64,000 nucleotides of DNA. It comes from Azolla caroliniana (taxonomy: Eukaryota > Plantae > Polypodiophyta). Numbering within the stretch: position 1 is the first letter of the stretch; the number at the start of each line of letters is the position of its first letter. The notes below the pieces were generated by a model. The model was not told the DNA's origin, made no database searches, and was given only the letters and a program-made list of their open reading frames with translations. Shown here piece after piece: positions 1-13,800 of this stretch. The stretch spans positions 36,332,001 through 36,396,000 of the forward strand of contig JBHGNT010000001.1 in the NCBI GenBank assembly GCA_043228905.1, read 5' to 3'. The translations under genes were made by a program, and so were the position numbers.

Positions 1-3000
1 CCTTAATGAAGAGGACAGGGAACTACTTCCAATCAAATCCATATTACCTCTTCTTGAAAGGGGAATAGCAATGCATCATTCGGGTCTCCTTCCTATTGTG
101 AAAGAGGTTGTGGAAATTTTGTTCCAAGAAGGATTGATAAAGGCATTGTTTGCCACTGAAACGGTAAATATATATTACTTTTGCCATTAAATTTAAGTGA
201 AAGTTATAGATAGAACCTTTTAGTGTGAGGTCAACTTTAGGACAATCATTTTCAGAGATAACAGAAGGTTTGGAAGTAAACGATTATGAACATAAGCTAT
301 ATAGAAAAACCTATTACATGTAATTTGTAAACAGTTTGCTATGGGATTGAATATGCCCGCGAAGACTGTAGTATTCACGGCTCTTCGGAAATGGGATGGG
401 AATACTCATCGTTGGATGACCTCTGGAGAGTATATCCAGGTATACAAACTGTTTCATCAGAAGAAAACCAAATTCATCAACTACTCATATATCAAGATTA
501 AATCATGTGTTACATTCATAGATGAGTGGAAGAGCTGGAAGGCGTGGCAAGGATGAGCGTGGTATATCAATAATAATGGTTGATAAACAGGTACACACTT
601 TGATCAACAACTCTTAAGTTCTTATTTATTTTTGTGCGTTTTAAGCTTAAAATATTCTCAGTCCTTGTGAGAGAAACTAGTGACTGCTCCCTAGGTGTTC
701 AGGGTTAGAATTTATCGGAAACACATTGAGTTTATGATTGTATCATGTTTATTTTTTTACGGTAGATATTGGTTAATGGATTGCTATAGAAATTTGGCAT
801 TGGATTATGTTTAGCATAAGGTCCAAAGTTTTTACAGTAGCTCCTAGTTCTTTGGAAATAGCTGGGAATGATCTGCAACAACTGTTTTCTTCTATGTCCC
901 TTGCTATATATATAGGGTTTCTCTCAAGACATTATTATTACTATATATATATATATATTTCCGTCTAATCTTTGTGATTGAAATATTCAAGTATTATAAG
1001 GGTGCATATATTAGGATAGGTCAATTTTGTATCTTGATGTGTGGTTGCATTTCCAATCGGAACCCTAAACTAACCTTAGACCCAACACTCTCAAACGTTG
1101 ACAACAATATTCCCCTCAAGTGCTTTATTTGCACCAACTACGTCATCTGATTCTTTTCAGATTCTTCTTCATCTTCTATATAGCAAACTCTTGCACCATC
1201 CCCTTGCTAACTCCCACGTCAGGTGACTAAGATTTTTCTGCTTGTTGGTATTCTCCCACCTGAATGCTCCACAGTATCTTCTTGATCCGCTTAGGACAAT
1301 ACTCCAACTTTACCTTCTCATTTGAAATGAACTCTCTTTTGAAGTGTTACTGTGTTTTGATATGGTTGTCTATCAATAGAACACTGAGCTCTATGTGAAA
1401 CAATGCAAATTTGGCTGTTGTGTGATATTTGTGTCAGTTCTCACGTAATCAAATCCCCATTTCTGCTAGGAGCTTTCTTAGCCACACTACTTTGCATCTT
1501 GCCTTTTACTCTGCTGCAGCCAAGGAGAATGAGATGCTCAATGACTTCCTGTTGGTCCAAGTAAATAATCCAGACCTTAGAGAGTAACAAAATCTGGAAA
1601 TAGACTTATTCCTTGGATCGTCAGACTAGAGAGAATGTTTCTGAGCCTTGCTAACGAAGTTAATGATTCTTTGAATGCTTCTCCCTTCTTCTACACATAA
1701 CCTCTCTCACTAGTCATACCTTGTATTTATCTACGAACCATTAGCTTTTTACTTAAGACTTCAAGACACATTTTGTCTTGATGACCTGCTTGTCTAGTCA
1801 TCCATGAAGTGAAGGATAACAATATAACCACACCAACTCTTTAATAGAGAATAATCACGACTCTCTTTGGCTCCATCACTGCTCTCATGCTACTTGTCAA
1901 TCAAGGACAACACAAGTGGAATCTTGACCAAAACACGTGAAGTGGGTTATAATAGATCAGAAAATAGCAATGTGTCATGCATGTAGACCCCGACCATCTG
2001 GACCACAACCTTGTCACCCTTGTCATTGACAAATAAAGGTCATTCTCACCTGGTATTGAAGGTGCTTTTCCTGTGGCTTTGGATATCTCTCCATCTCTGG
2101 AGTGACCCATGTTGGAGATTTTTCCAAGTTCAGAATTTTATGCTCATATATATCTAGATTCCTTAGTACCATATGTTTAGCTATATTTACTTTGGTGTGT
2201 CGTTATCAAAGACAAGACAATACTTTAAGATGCAGTCTCATCATTCATGTTTGGTCTTATAGGTCATTTTTGCCTCTTAAAAGATGTTACTATAGATTTC
2301 TTTCTTTTTTTCTCTCAGCCAGAATATGTTTGGGACAAGGTAAATGCTTGCTTAAAATACAAAGCATCTTGTCTTGTTTGCTCTGTATGATCCTCTTTTC
2401 TTATTAATTATTGTTTTCCTGTTACTTTGGATGATGATCAAACTACGTTTTTTTATGTTGTATCTAGTTTGAGAAGGATACATGTAAAGATCTCATGTTG
2501 GGGAAGCCTGCTCCATTGCTGAGCACATTTAGGCTAAGCTACTATACCATATTGAATTTGATGAGCCGATCAGAGGGTCAATTTGATGCTGAATATGTAA
2601 TAAAGAATTCTCTTCACCAATTTCAGCACGAGAAGGTATCTAATACACCATATATTGCATTCCATGTTGATAATATTCTGAATGCTTGTGATAATATATG
2701 CTAATACTTTTGAGGATACATTAGGCTTTACCTGAGGTTGAGGAAAAGGTCTCAAAACTTGAACAAGCAGCAGCTAGCTTTGACACAGGAGAAGTATGTT
2801 AAAGGTGTTTTCTTTGGTACATGTGTATGTTGCTAATTAAGTACCTGCATATAAAACCATTATGTAGATTTTATATATGGGATTTTATTCTATTACTGTA
2901 CTATATGGATATGGATTTTGAGTATAATTCTGTGATAGCAGGATTCAATTTCAGATTACAACCGACTAAGGTTAAGAATAGCTCAGTTGGAGAATGAGAT

Positions 3001-6000
3001 GATGTCTGAGATTTTGCGACCAGAACGCATATTAAACTTCTTAACTCCTGGCAGGCTGGTATGCAATCTACATAAGTATGCTTTATGATTAGGGTAACCT
3101 TGTTGCATATCACAAAAATATTCAATTACTCTCCTTTATACCAGCACTATATTGTTTAGTGTTGTGGTCTTGTTTTATTTTTTTTGACAAAAAGATATGC
3201 CCTGGTATTATAAAATCATAAGAAATACAAAAGTTGTGTTGGATATACTAACTGATTCCCTTGTACTCTCATCATAGCCGATTTGCATAGGAATGCATAG
3301 GAATACTAAAACATATGATTATTTTGGAAGCATTTGTCATTTATGTGCAACTTTTCCATGTTGCTCTATGTTATGTCATCCGCATATGTGCAAATGTCTC
3401 TATAAATGTTTCTGCAAGATATTTTGAATTAGAACTTCGAAAATTGAAATTTTATTTTAATTGTAGGGTGCATGGAGAGTTAGGAACCATATTTAAGTGG
3501 TGGTTGTTAATGTTAATATATCTAATGCGTTTTAGTATGAAATGGGCAACTGATAGATCTAACCTCATAGCTTTGCAGCCCTTGATGACGTTTTTGTAAT
3601 TCATTTTGATATTTTGGTAGCTATAAAGCGCTTTTAGAAGTCTGCTATAAACCTAGATATGCATCGCTGTATGGCTGTCCTCCAAATTTATTGTGGTTGG
3701 TATTTCATTATTCTCTCCTATGATCATAGACTTGAGAATGAGAGAACCTTGATTGTTTGAGAGTTGAAAACCTGTGAGAATCTTTTGTTGTTTTACAGAT
3801 CAAGGTCAGAGATGCGGAAAATGATTGGGGATGGGGGGTGGTGGTTCATGTGAAAAAGCATCAAGGTGGACAGGGTACCCCACCATCAATTCAGAAGAGC
3901 TCAAAACCTAGTTTTTACTGTGTAGATACTCTATTACATTGTTCATCAACTGTAGCTCAAGATAAATCTCAGCAAAAGCCAAAACCATGCCCCAAAGGGG
4001 AGATGGGTGAATTGAAAGTGGTAAGGTTGACATTCCCTTGTCTTTTTCATATATCGTCAAATTGATGTGTTTGTTAGCAAAGGAACTTAGAGACAAATCC
4101 AAAATTGATTTTCATATACCAGATCCAAAATTGATGTTCTTTTCTCTTCTAGTTTTTTGCTTTCTTGTTATCGTCAAATTGATGTGTTTGTTGTTGTTCT
4201 TCTTATAGATTCCTGTACAAATTTCCTTAATTTCTGGAGTTAGTTCTGTAAAAGTAGTCGTTCCAAATAATCTGCGTCTGGAGGAGGCTCGTCACAGTGT
4301 TTTAATGCAAATTCAGGAGTTGGGTGGACAGTTTCCTGATGGCCTTCCAAGACTTGATCCTATTAAGGTTTTGTGAATACATTATTTTCATTGCTGTTGT
4401 CCTGCAAATTATGATCTATATAATTATAGACAGAACAACTGTCTGAGATATGGGTGCAAGTTGTGAGTATGTTACAGTTATTTAGTATGTTCTGTTTGAA
4501 TCAATACAACTTTTCAGGACATGAAGATCGATGATCTGGACCTTGCAAAGGTAGTTAGAGAAATTGAAGATCAGGAGAAGAAATTGCGTGGTCATCCATT
4601 GTTCAAGGTTTTCGATATGCTTTCCTTGCTTTCCGATTCAATGAACTGTTTTGTAGGGCGGTTAAAATTACACTCATTTCCTTTGTTCAGTCTAAAAGGA
4701 GGAGACTGGTTATTTCTCTAATGGATGTTTTGGGAACCATTGGATTCACAATATTGTTTTTGTTTGGTGCAGTCTAGGAATGAGACTGATTATTACTCCC
4801 TCTACCAAAAGAAGGCACAACTCACGACTGAAGCTCAAAAATTGAAGCTGGCCATGAGAGATTCTCAGGTGCTAGATTGAGTGTTTATGGTTTTTCATCA
4901 ATGCTATTATTGTTTTTCACTACATTTCTTTTGAATAATTCAATTAATTAATAGAATAGATTTATAAAAATTCTTGTGCAGCTACACAAATTTAGGGAAG
5001 AACTTAAAAATCGTTCAAGGGTATTGAAGAGACTTGGGCATATTAATGCTGATAGTGTGGTACAGTTGAAGGGCCGAGCAGCATGCTTCATTGATACAGC
5101 TGATGAACTCCTCATCACTGAGCTAATGTTCAATGGTATCATACAATTACAAAGTATATATGCACCTACATTGATTACTATCTCTTTTGCTCTTAAATCT
5201 CTTACCCAAGTTCTTTAATGGAGTATAGGTTTGTTTAATGAGCTTGATCACCATCAACTTGTAGCACTTTCTAGTTGCTTTCTGCCATTGGACAAATCAA
5301 ATGAGCAGGTTCACTTGAAGAATGAGCTTGCGATGCCACTGAGAAAGCTGCAAGAGACTGCTAGAAAGATTGCAGAGGTATGATTCTATTTGTTTGTTTG
5401 TGCTAGTCATAATGATTTTCTTGTGAAATGAAATTTAATCTATTGATCAAGGCTGACAAGTATTTTGTGTTGTGAAAATGTGTTTGTTATCTGTTGCCAA
5501 AAGGTTCAACGAGAGTGCAAACTTGAAATTGATACGGAAGAATATGTACAAAGCTTTCGCCCATTCCTAATGGATGTGATATACAGTTGGTCCAAGGTCA
5601 GTTTTTTGAGTTAAAAAACTCTAATAGTGCTGTATCATAAAATAAACATCCGTTTTTTCACCCTTAGTGCTTTCTTTCTTTTATACAGTAAGATTTGTCT
5701 CTAAGTTCCTTTGCTAACACATTCATTCATCAGGGTGCAACATTTGCAGAAATATGTGCATTAACTGATATTTTTGAAGGTAGCATTATTCGTGTGGCTA
5801 GAAGGCTAGAAGAGTTTTTGAACCAGGTTTGGTTTCCAAAATAAGCTTTTCTTTAGCACTTTCTGAGAATTTTGAGTTAGGTCGATTCATGTCATTAATA
5901 AAAACACAGACTTAATCTGTTTCGTCATCTATTTTCTTAAAAAGATGCGTGAAGCTTCATCGGCTATCGGTGATACTGGATTAGAGAAGAAATTTGCAGC

Positions 6001-6055
6001 TGCTAGCGAGAGTATTCGTAGAGGGATCATTTTTTCAAACTCTTTATATGTTTGA
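1..6055 (+). CDS. HEN2: DExH-box RNA helicase of the MTR4/HEN2 (nuclear exosome cofactor) family; 5' part lies outside the window
   Basis: GT-AG exons: <1-163, 335-439, 522-590, 2468-2635, 2725-2793, 2942-3058, 3799-4020, 4209-4367, 4518-4607, 4773-4868, 4982-5135, 5229-5377, 5504-5596, 5734-5826, 5945-6055 (TGA). Translation shows [37 protein letters not shown], arch/[45 protein letters not shown] and the DSHCT end [12 protein letters not shown]. The arch region resembles plant HEN2 more than MTR4. Confidence 0.93.
1100..1570 (-). mobile_element. Degenerate Ty1/copia RNase H end plus polypurine tract, in a HEN2 intron
   Basis: Minus strand reads [24 protein letters not shown] and [28 protein letters not shown], matching copia EAEY..WLR.LL / HARTKHI..YHF.RE. 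It is followed by TTGAGGGGAATATTG (PPT then TG) near 1119-1105. Confidence 0.75.
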
Positions 6056-7989
6056 AGGTAGAAATTCTGATATTATGAAGGAGAAATAGCCATAACAATA
6101 GAGACATTTGTCTTACAGGATAATTGCTGAAGAAGGTATGTATAATATATCTATAACATCCCAGCCCATATTCTTGTTTTTCTCTTGGGACATTTGGCTT
6201 ACAGGGTACTACTTGCCTGATCTCCCAAGAATCTTGCCAGATACGTGAAGATCTGCAAATAACTATTCTTTGGAACAGAGTCTATACCTTTTGAGATATG
6301 CCTTGTAGGAGTTCCATCCTTTTTCTTCATAAAATTTGCACAACAATTTTGAGGCATTATGGCTTGAATCGGATTGCATCATATGTAAAAAAAAAAGAAG
6401 AGAAAAGAAAACCTTGTTACATGTTCTTCTTGCCAATAAACTGCTTAGGTAACCCTGAAGAAATATAGAGATCTTGGTTATCTCAGCTTGGTAAGAACCT
6501 TCCAATCAAATGCGTCTTTTGCAACTTTTTGCTGGTGAAATATTTTCCAATGGTTATGTGGGTGCCACATGCTGCCACTTGGATGTAATATAAGAGGACA
6601 AGTGTTTTTTCTTTTCGAAACCATTTCCTACAATGAATGCTCTGATATATACTGAGTGAACTGATTATGAATGGAGAAAGAAGGGTGTGATTATTAGTGT
6701 GTTTTGGAATGAGGCCAATGACATTGTAATTTCTTAACAATGTTGAAACATGTATTGATGTATATTAGAAGAAACATTACGATCAAAGGGGTGCCCTTTT
6801 ACAAAGATTCTAATGGGATGAATTATGATGCACTGGGAGATTGAACAATTGTAAACGTCCAATAAAAACACAGACTTAATCAGATTTACATGCGCAAATG
6901 TTCATTGGAGTATTTTTTTTTAAATGGCATATTCTGTGATGAAAAGGAATATCTTAGCTTTGGTGGTGGTAAATTGTGAAACTAGCTCTTCATTATAGGG
7001 TTGATGTTTGTTAGAATGTGTGCCATTCACTTTCACAAACCATATTGTCCACCATTTTGTAAACCATCTTTTGGGGGCTGATGTGTAGTTGAAGTGAATG
7101 TTATTTCTTTCTAGTCTTTCTTTGTTGCATTGCCAACATGTTTACATCCTGCTCATAATCACCTTGAATGATGGGACAATATGTGAACTTAAATGTTGCG
7201 ACTTCAACTTACAACATTATGGTAAAATTTTGTTTTGCAAGTTAATGCTACTTGATCTCTAGAAGTAGTGGACCTTGCTTTGATGCCAACGAAGGAAGGA
7301 AGAAGAGGATGAAGTTCTATAAAGAAAAGGAGAAGAAATTGCCAAGTAATGTTGCAAGTTTAATGTCTTAATGAGCGACCACATAAAAACATGTCAATAT
7401 GCAAGAGGATGAGTGTGGTTTGAAGTTCATTTTCAAATTGTTCTCAATCGTTTCCTCTATGTTTAAAGATGGTTGATGATGACTTGTTGCTCCACAATGT
7501 TTATGAATTATGTGAAGAGACTAGCCGTATATATTTTTAAGTGCACATGTTGAAATACATTGTCACGCATGTAGTTTATAGTGCCTAGTGAGTTGAAGAG
7601 TAATAATTTTGGCTTGCCCATAGGGCATTGTAATTTTTTACTAGACAATGCGACTATTTCTCTAGGTAAAGGGGTAATTTCGGATGTCTTTATTTTCTTG
7701 TTTAGATATCCATGTAATGGCCTTAATCATTTATGAAATTTCAAATGATTTGGCTATGGCAAGGGTGGTGAATGGGGTGGTTGAGGAAATTGCTTGTTAT
7801 ATTCTTTTTTGTATCGTAGATGTATATGAAGGGTTTTCTTGATTTTGGTTGATGAAGGTCTAGCCTAGCCCTCTGAACTCGTTACATCTTGAAATCAAAA
7901 TACATGTATGTTCACAATCAAGGCATGACTCATGGTTGGTATAATGTTGTATATACTCTTTTTGATGAAGATTTATTCTATAAATTATT

Positions 7990-8869
7990 ATTGGTGGCAA
8001 ATCGGTCATAATGTGGTTCCCCTTGGCGAATGGCTGGGTAAACGTGGCGGCCCGTTAGACTGCCCACTTTGCCATTCACCTATTGAGACTCTGAGGCATT
8101 GTCTGTGGGATTGCCCTCACGCTCAAAAGGTATGGGATAGAGTGACTCGCCTCCTTGCGGCATGTGAAGTGGAAGGAACAACATCGTGGAGTGCTGCAGC
8201 ATGGCTTGATCACTCTGGTGATAGGTGGACGGACGCCTTCAATGTGAATAGTTGGTGCTATGTATGCATGAGAGGAAAAATCGCCAAGATTCGATTTGAG
8301 AGAGGCTTGCAGTCCGCATCCCCTAGGTTCCCGGACATTTGGATGTTGATCGCAGGCTTCACCCTGTGGTATGTATGGAAAGCGCGTTGCCTAAAGGTCT
8401 TCTAGGATTTGGTGCGACCCCCGGAGGAAGTGATCATGGACATATGGTTTGCGCTTATTAGCTGCCTACGAGGGCAATTGGACGAGGTTTGCAGCCATTC
8501 CTTTGACGTGGGTACTGCCCATTTGCGCTTTTGGCAGAAATGGCGGAACACGCCTATGGTGACACAAGGTGGAAGTGGCCCGAGGTGGAACTACCAACCT
8601 CCACGCTGGCTGTTTCCGGCTCACTTACCACCCTCCCTCTGTTGTCGACCCCAAGAGTTGTCTCGTACTAGCCATCACTGCAGGGCACTGTTTTAGCTTT
8701 AGGTACTTACACTAAGTAGTTAGTCCGAAAGGCGATGTAACTAGTCTCAATTTCTTGAACTTGATTGGAGGGGGATTCCTCGATCTCTATTTAAGCCTCC
8801 TTGTACCGTCTCTTTGTAATAATCCTACCTAACTAATGGGAAAGTAGCTTCATTTTGGGAAAAAAAAAA
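7990..8869 (+). mobile_element. 5'-truncated LINE (L1-like), zf-RVT C-terminus plus 3' UTR and poly(A)
   Basis: ORFs 7932-8405 and 8409-8696 are in the same frame, separated by one TAG. Motif CPLC..PIETLRHCLWDCPHAQKVW and LWYVWKARC. More GC-rich than the flanks; A10 tail at 8860-8869. Confidence 0.88.
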
Positions 8870-9445
8870 CTACTTAGTTCTTCAATGACACCAATGTTCA
8901 TAATACAAGTATTTTAAAATTCTAACCTATGGCTATGAGAGATTAACATTTGGTTTAGAGACATTCTCTATTGGATTTTAAAATGGCAACATACAAATGC
9001 GACCTCTCCTCTATTGGTCTCCTCATGACTAAAATTCTCTAACTCTTAAACTTTCTAATGACATCTTAGTCTGCATCATAAGGATGTTAAGACCTTCACT
9101 TTGCCCCTCGGTACCTAATTATGCTAATAGTGTGCTCAAAATCCACCAAATAACCATGACCTACAAAAGGTGGAACAAGGAGATGGCTTGTGGATGTATA
9201 TTGACTTTTGTGTCACTAGCAAGAATGGCCTCTAAATGTGTGTATTTGATCCCCATGTTTGGTGACGGACAGGGCATGAGAAGCATGGGTGGAGCCTCTA
9301 AAGGCCATCATGCGATCACACGAACACAATGGGGTGTGTGCGGTAGTCAAGCACATAACCACATGAGTCGAATAGTGTGATCGAACACACATAGAGGCAA
9401 AATAGATGGAAGTAGTGCAGGTGCATGAGAGATAGAGACAGGTAT

Positions 9446-9479
<34 letters not shown>

Positions 9480-9559
9480 GCTCATACCACCGTTATCGAC
9501 GATAACGATGGCGATAGTGACGACGACATAGGCACCCAGACAAATGAAGTGTAACAGCT

Positions 9560-9609
<50 letters not shown>

Positions 9610-9757
9610 GTGTGTGTGTGTTTCACTAGATCCTTGTGTTCATAACTAATATAACCCCCCCTTTCTCTACAAAGACACAGACACAGTTTTGACAGATGGG
9701 TTGGTGTCTTTCGCACATGATAAACCCCACATGGTTCCTTGTGAACCCCCCCAATCC

Positions 9758-9798
<41 letters not shown>
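9446..9798. repeat. Microsatellite cluster (CA)n, (GA)n, (TG)n, (CT)n upstream of the ILK gene
   Basis: Directly visible: CA ~9446-9475, GA ~9561-9605, TG ~9607-9620, CT ~9760-9798. Confidence 0.95.
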
Positions 9799-9801
<3 letters not shown>

Positions 9802-10171
9802 AAACCATGGCTCTTCTCCTCTCCTCCTCTGTGTTTTCTTTTATCAGACATTTCCCTTCTTCTTTCTTCCTCCTCTTCTTCTTCTTTAGGTTACTCTTTT
9901 ACCTGCAAGAGGTCCCACTATTGTTCCCTATTCTTCCCGTATACCAACATTTCTATCCATTCTTCAGCAAGCTTCCCGATCGTTTTCTTTGCATTCCTCC
10001 CTTACCCGAAAAGTCTTCTGTCTTATTCTTCTTGTTTGTTCCCGCGATCAATTTTCTTGGCTCGGGTAATAATCGATTGTCTCCCCATTCTCACGTGTTT
10101 CTAAATTGTTTTGCAAGGGCTATATTTGTTCGACATGTGTTTGAGTGATAGTTTCTGCTTTCTTTCTGTTC

Positions 10172-10175
<4 letters not shown>

Positions 10176-10214
<39 letters not shown>
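10176..10214. repeat. (AT)n microsatellite
   Basis: Directly visible TA run. Confidence 0.95.
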
Positions 10215-10222
<8 letters not shown>

Positions 10223-10879
10223 CTCAGAAGTTAGCGCGACCCTTCAATCTCCACATATTTGAAGTTATTACATGGATGTTCGCTGAAGATATCTCAAATT
10301 CACTTCCACGTGTTTCAAAATTGGGTCAATTGCTTCTTTTTCTCCTCCATTTTCTGCCACTATTACATTTTTCCTCCATTTCCTTTCGTTTATCTCTATT
10401 TTGCTGTCTATTTAAAGAGATTAGATGGTAGAAATAGTGTTTTTTTGTATTAGTATTAGCTGGAAGTAGCACTTGGTTTTTTTTCTCTTTGGAATCTATT
10501 ATGGCTGAAAGTAATTTACCTGGCTCCCCTTGACTTCTAGTTGCTTCTAATTCGCATGAAAGTAGGTAACTGGACGTTTGATTTAGTGGTTTTTTGTAGC
10601 TGATAGTAGCATATGGAATGGTGTTCTAAGTCGATGTTAGCTGAAAGTAGTCATTTTGTCTAATTTGATAGTCTGATACTGAAAATTCGAATATTCATTT
10701 TTGTATTGATTTGTCAGCTGAAAGTAGGTCTATTTCCCTTCCATTTGCGCCTATTTACCTAAAAAAACTTTAATTCTCTGTAAAACTCTACAGGAGACTA
10801 CATTTAAATACAGGGATACGACAAACAATCTGAGCCTAGTACAAAAGCTTTAGCTGAAAAACATTCAATTAAGAGGTTC

Positions 10880-13800
10880 ATGGATCCAGTATTAAAGAAT
10901 CGGTTTTCTCTTGGACGGCAATCATCCATGGCTCCTCATCATTCCGACACGGAGGAAGGATTGCAATCGTTGGAGTTATCTCTTCCTGACAATGTTGACA
11001 AGACCATGTTCCTTCTCTTCCTCTCTTGCAAAGGGGACGAGAAAGGTATAGAATCCCATCTCGCAGAAGGAGTGAATGTGAATGCTGGAGATTTCGACGA
11101 TCGCACAGCTCTCCATGTAGCTGCTTGTGAAGGTCATGCCAAGGTTGTGGAATTACTATTGAATCATGGAGCTAATGTGAACTCCCGTGATCGTTGGGGT
11201 AGCACTGTAAGCTCCTTTGTTCTTGAAGAATTTTGCTGATGGGAGAAGCGAGAAGTTTTCTCTTCCTCTTACTGCTGTTGAATCATGGAGCTAATGATAG
11301 TGTAGTGATTGATAAAGAGGGTTGCACTATTAGCTTCTTTTTTCTTCTTCTTACCTGTGTTTCCTAACTGGAATTTCTATCATCATTCTTCTTCTTGAAG
11401 AAACTTGATGGTTCTCTTCTTCTTACTACTATACATTCAGAGGAGAAGAAGAAAGGAGCTAACACTGCTATCCTGTTTATATTGCTAGCATCTTCTTCTT
11501 ACCCATGTTTCCCCAATGGAATTTCCTCCTTCTTGAAGAAATTTGTTGGTGGGAAAAGATAATTTTTTTCTCTTTCTCTTTCTCTTCTGCTGCTGGATCA
11601 TAAGACTAACGTAAATGAATGATATTGATCAACATATAGAGTAGCACTGTTACCTGCTTCTTTTTTCTTTTAAACAAAAGAAAATGCTTGATCTTGAAGA
11701 GCAAATATAATTTTCATTTCTTCCTTTTTCTGTGTAGCCTCTTGCAGATGCAATGCATTATGGCAATAAAGATGTCTGTGTGATTTTAGAGCGAGCTGGA
11801 GCTATCTTTCCTGTAAGTTCATTAACTTTCCCTCATGCATGGTGGATATTTTATTCTTCTTTTCCTTTTTCTTTCACTCATGCTACTTGTAAAAAATATT
11901 CTGCAGCAAACGTCTGTAAAAGCTCCAATGGAAGTTGTAAATCCAGCTGACGTCCCTGACTATGAAGTTAACGCAAAGGAACTTGGCACTTTCAAGAGAG
12001 AACCTAAGCTTCCTGGGGTATTCATTTTGTCTCTTGTCTCACGGTGGTCTTGTTTCTCGGAACCAATGGAAACCATTCGCATCACTTAGAATCATAAATA
12101 CCTTATCATATTCATGACTTGTGTTGGGGTTTGTTGATTATGCATGTGTAATGATATTTTGTTACATCATGTATGGTGAAATCTGTAGCAACAATCCAAG
12201 CCTATTTATATTCACTGTAAAATAGAGTGTTGGATTAAAGATCCAGCAGGAAGTGGGCTCTGTCTAGCAAATGAGGTAGGGATGTCCTCTAAACCAGAAA
12301 GACCTGTGATTTCTCTTTATTTTCCAGAATACCCCTAAATTTTCATTATTCGTATGAGTGCCCTAATCAGTTCTCGAAAGGGGATGAATTGACCATGTGA
12401 TTTCTCAAACTGCGCATATAATTGCTCAAGATGAGGTTCGCTGAAGGCATTTGGGGAACTTTTAAAGAAAAATCTCGGGGGTATTTTGGATTTTTTTCCA
12501 AATTCATTGTATGCTTTAGGTTCATGAGTGGATTTTGAACCGTACACATTGGTAAGCTCTTGTTTCCCAACTCACTTTAGTGTTGGTCAATGCATTGCAA
12601 TATGCCAAGCACAAACAGCTCATAATTAGACTTAAAAACCATGGTATTTCTAATCAACGATGTCTTCCATTGTTGGTATACATGGTCAGAAAGATTGTCT
12701 TGATGTTTTTAGTGTTTGAATAGATTGGATTCTACAGGCAGAGAAAACCTGCAAAGATGTCATATTAGGGATCTTTATGTTTTCTTTGATCCTTCCTCTA
12801 GAAGTAATCTTTGATAGCATGGCTGATCGAATGACCCACAACATTGATTGAGCTTCTTGTTGTAACTCGTACACTTAGTCTCTATAAGACATCTTTGTTT
12901 ATCTTTATGTTTTGAATCTATCCATATTGATGTTCATGTTTGATGGTACATACTGTTGAGAAAACAAGCTCAACCACACATATTGTATACACGTGATCCT
13001 CTATAGCACTATATTCACATACCATCTCAATGTTGTTTTTTCATGGTAGCATACATAGCTTTAGTGGAGGTTTTTTGCTATGCCATGCTTTGCATTTTCC
13101 TCAGAATTTGGCTACATAGAAATCTTGGAGGATTTCTTGTTCTGATAATATACAGCCCTGTTTTTCCATGTTTAAAAAAAGTGGTTGATATTTTACCTGG
13201 ATGTACATTTGGAAAGAAGCTTTAATCCAAAGGTCCACAATACATTAATCAGTAGTCTCGTGATTTACATTAAATTATCGTGTTAGGGATCTTAATTGAA
13301 GTGAGCGTATCAACTCCAATTATGAGAGTCCTTCATATATTGACTAATATAGAACTGTGTGACTAACCAAACTGTTGTTTTTGAGCTACATAATGTATTG
13401 AATTATTGTTGAAACTTTATGCAGTATACTGTTGGTACATGGCATGGCACTCAAGTTGCTGTAAAGGAGATTCCTGATGACTTATCAAACCGAACACATG
13501 TTGTGTAAGTTTTATGCTTTCTTTGTTGAAATTCCAACTTGTCTTTGTAAACTAAAAAGTTTCAAGTGCGTTAAACTTAGCACTGCAATGCAAAACTGCT
13601 GTTCAAGTGTGTAAACCTTAATAATCTTTATGTATCAGAGGTTTATTTTTATAAACTATTACTGAATAGGAAATAATTTATTTCATAGATAGCCATTATT
13701 CGTTGTGGTATTGGAAGGCGAAAATACTACTAAACACCCTAGTTACTTTGTATATGTGCATGGCAATACACAGAACACACATGTATGTTTGTGTATATCT

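Noticed and set aside
3467-3520. Possible duplicated HEN2 arch exon (VVVNV after an AG)
   Set aside because: Only a five-residue resemblance, preceded by a stop codon; likely chance.
9084-10453. Long ORFs of 98-211 aa on both strands
   Set aside because: They are translations of GA/CA/CT/AT microsatellites and a pyrimidine-rich leader, with no domain signal.
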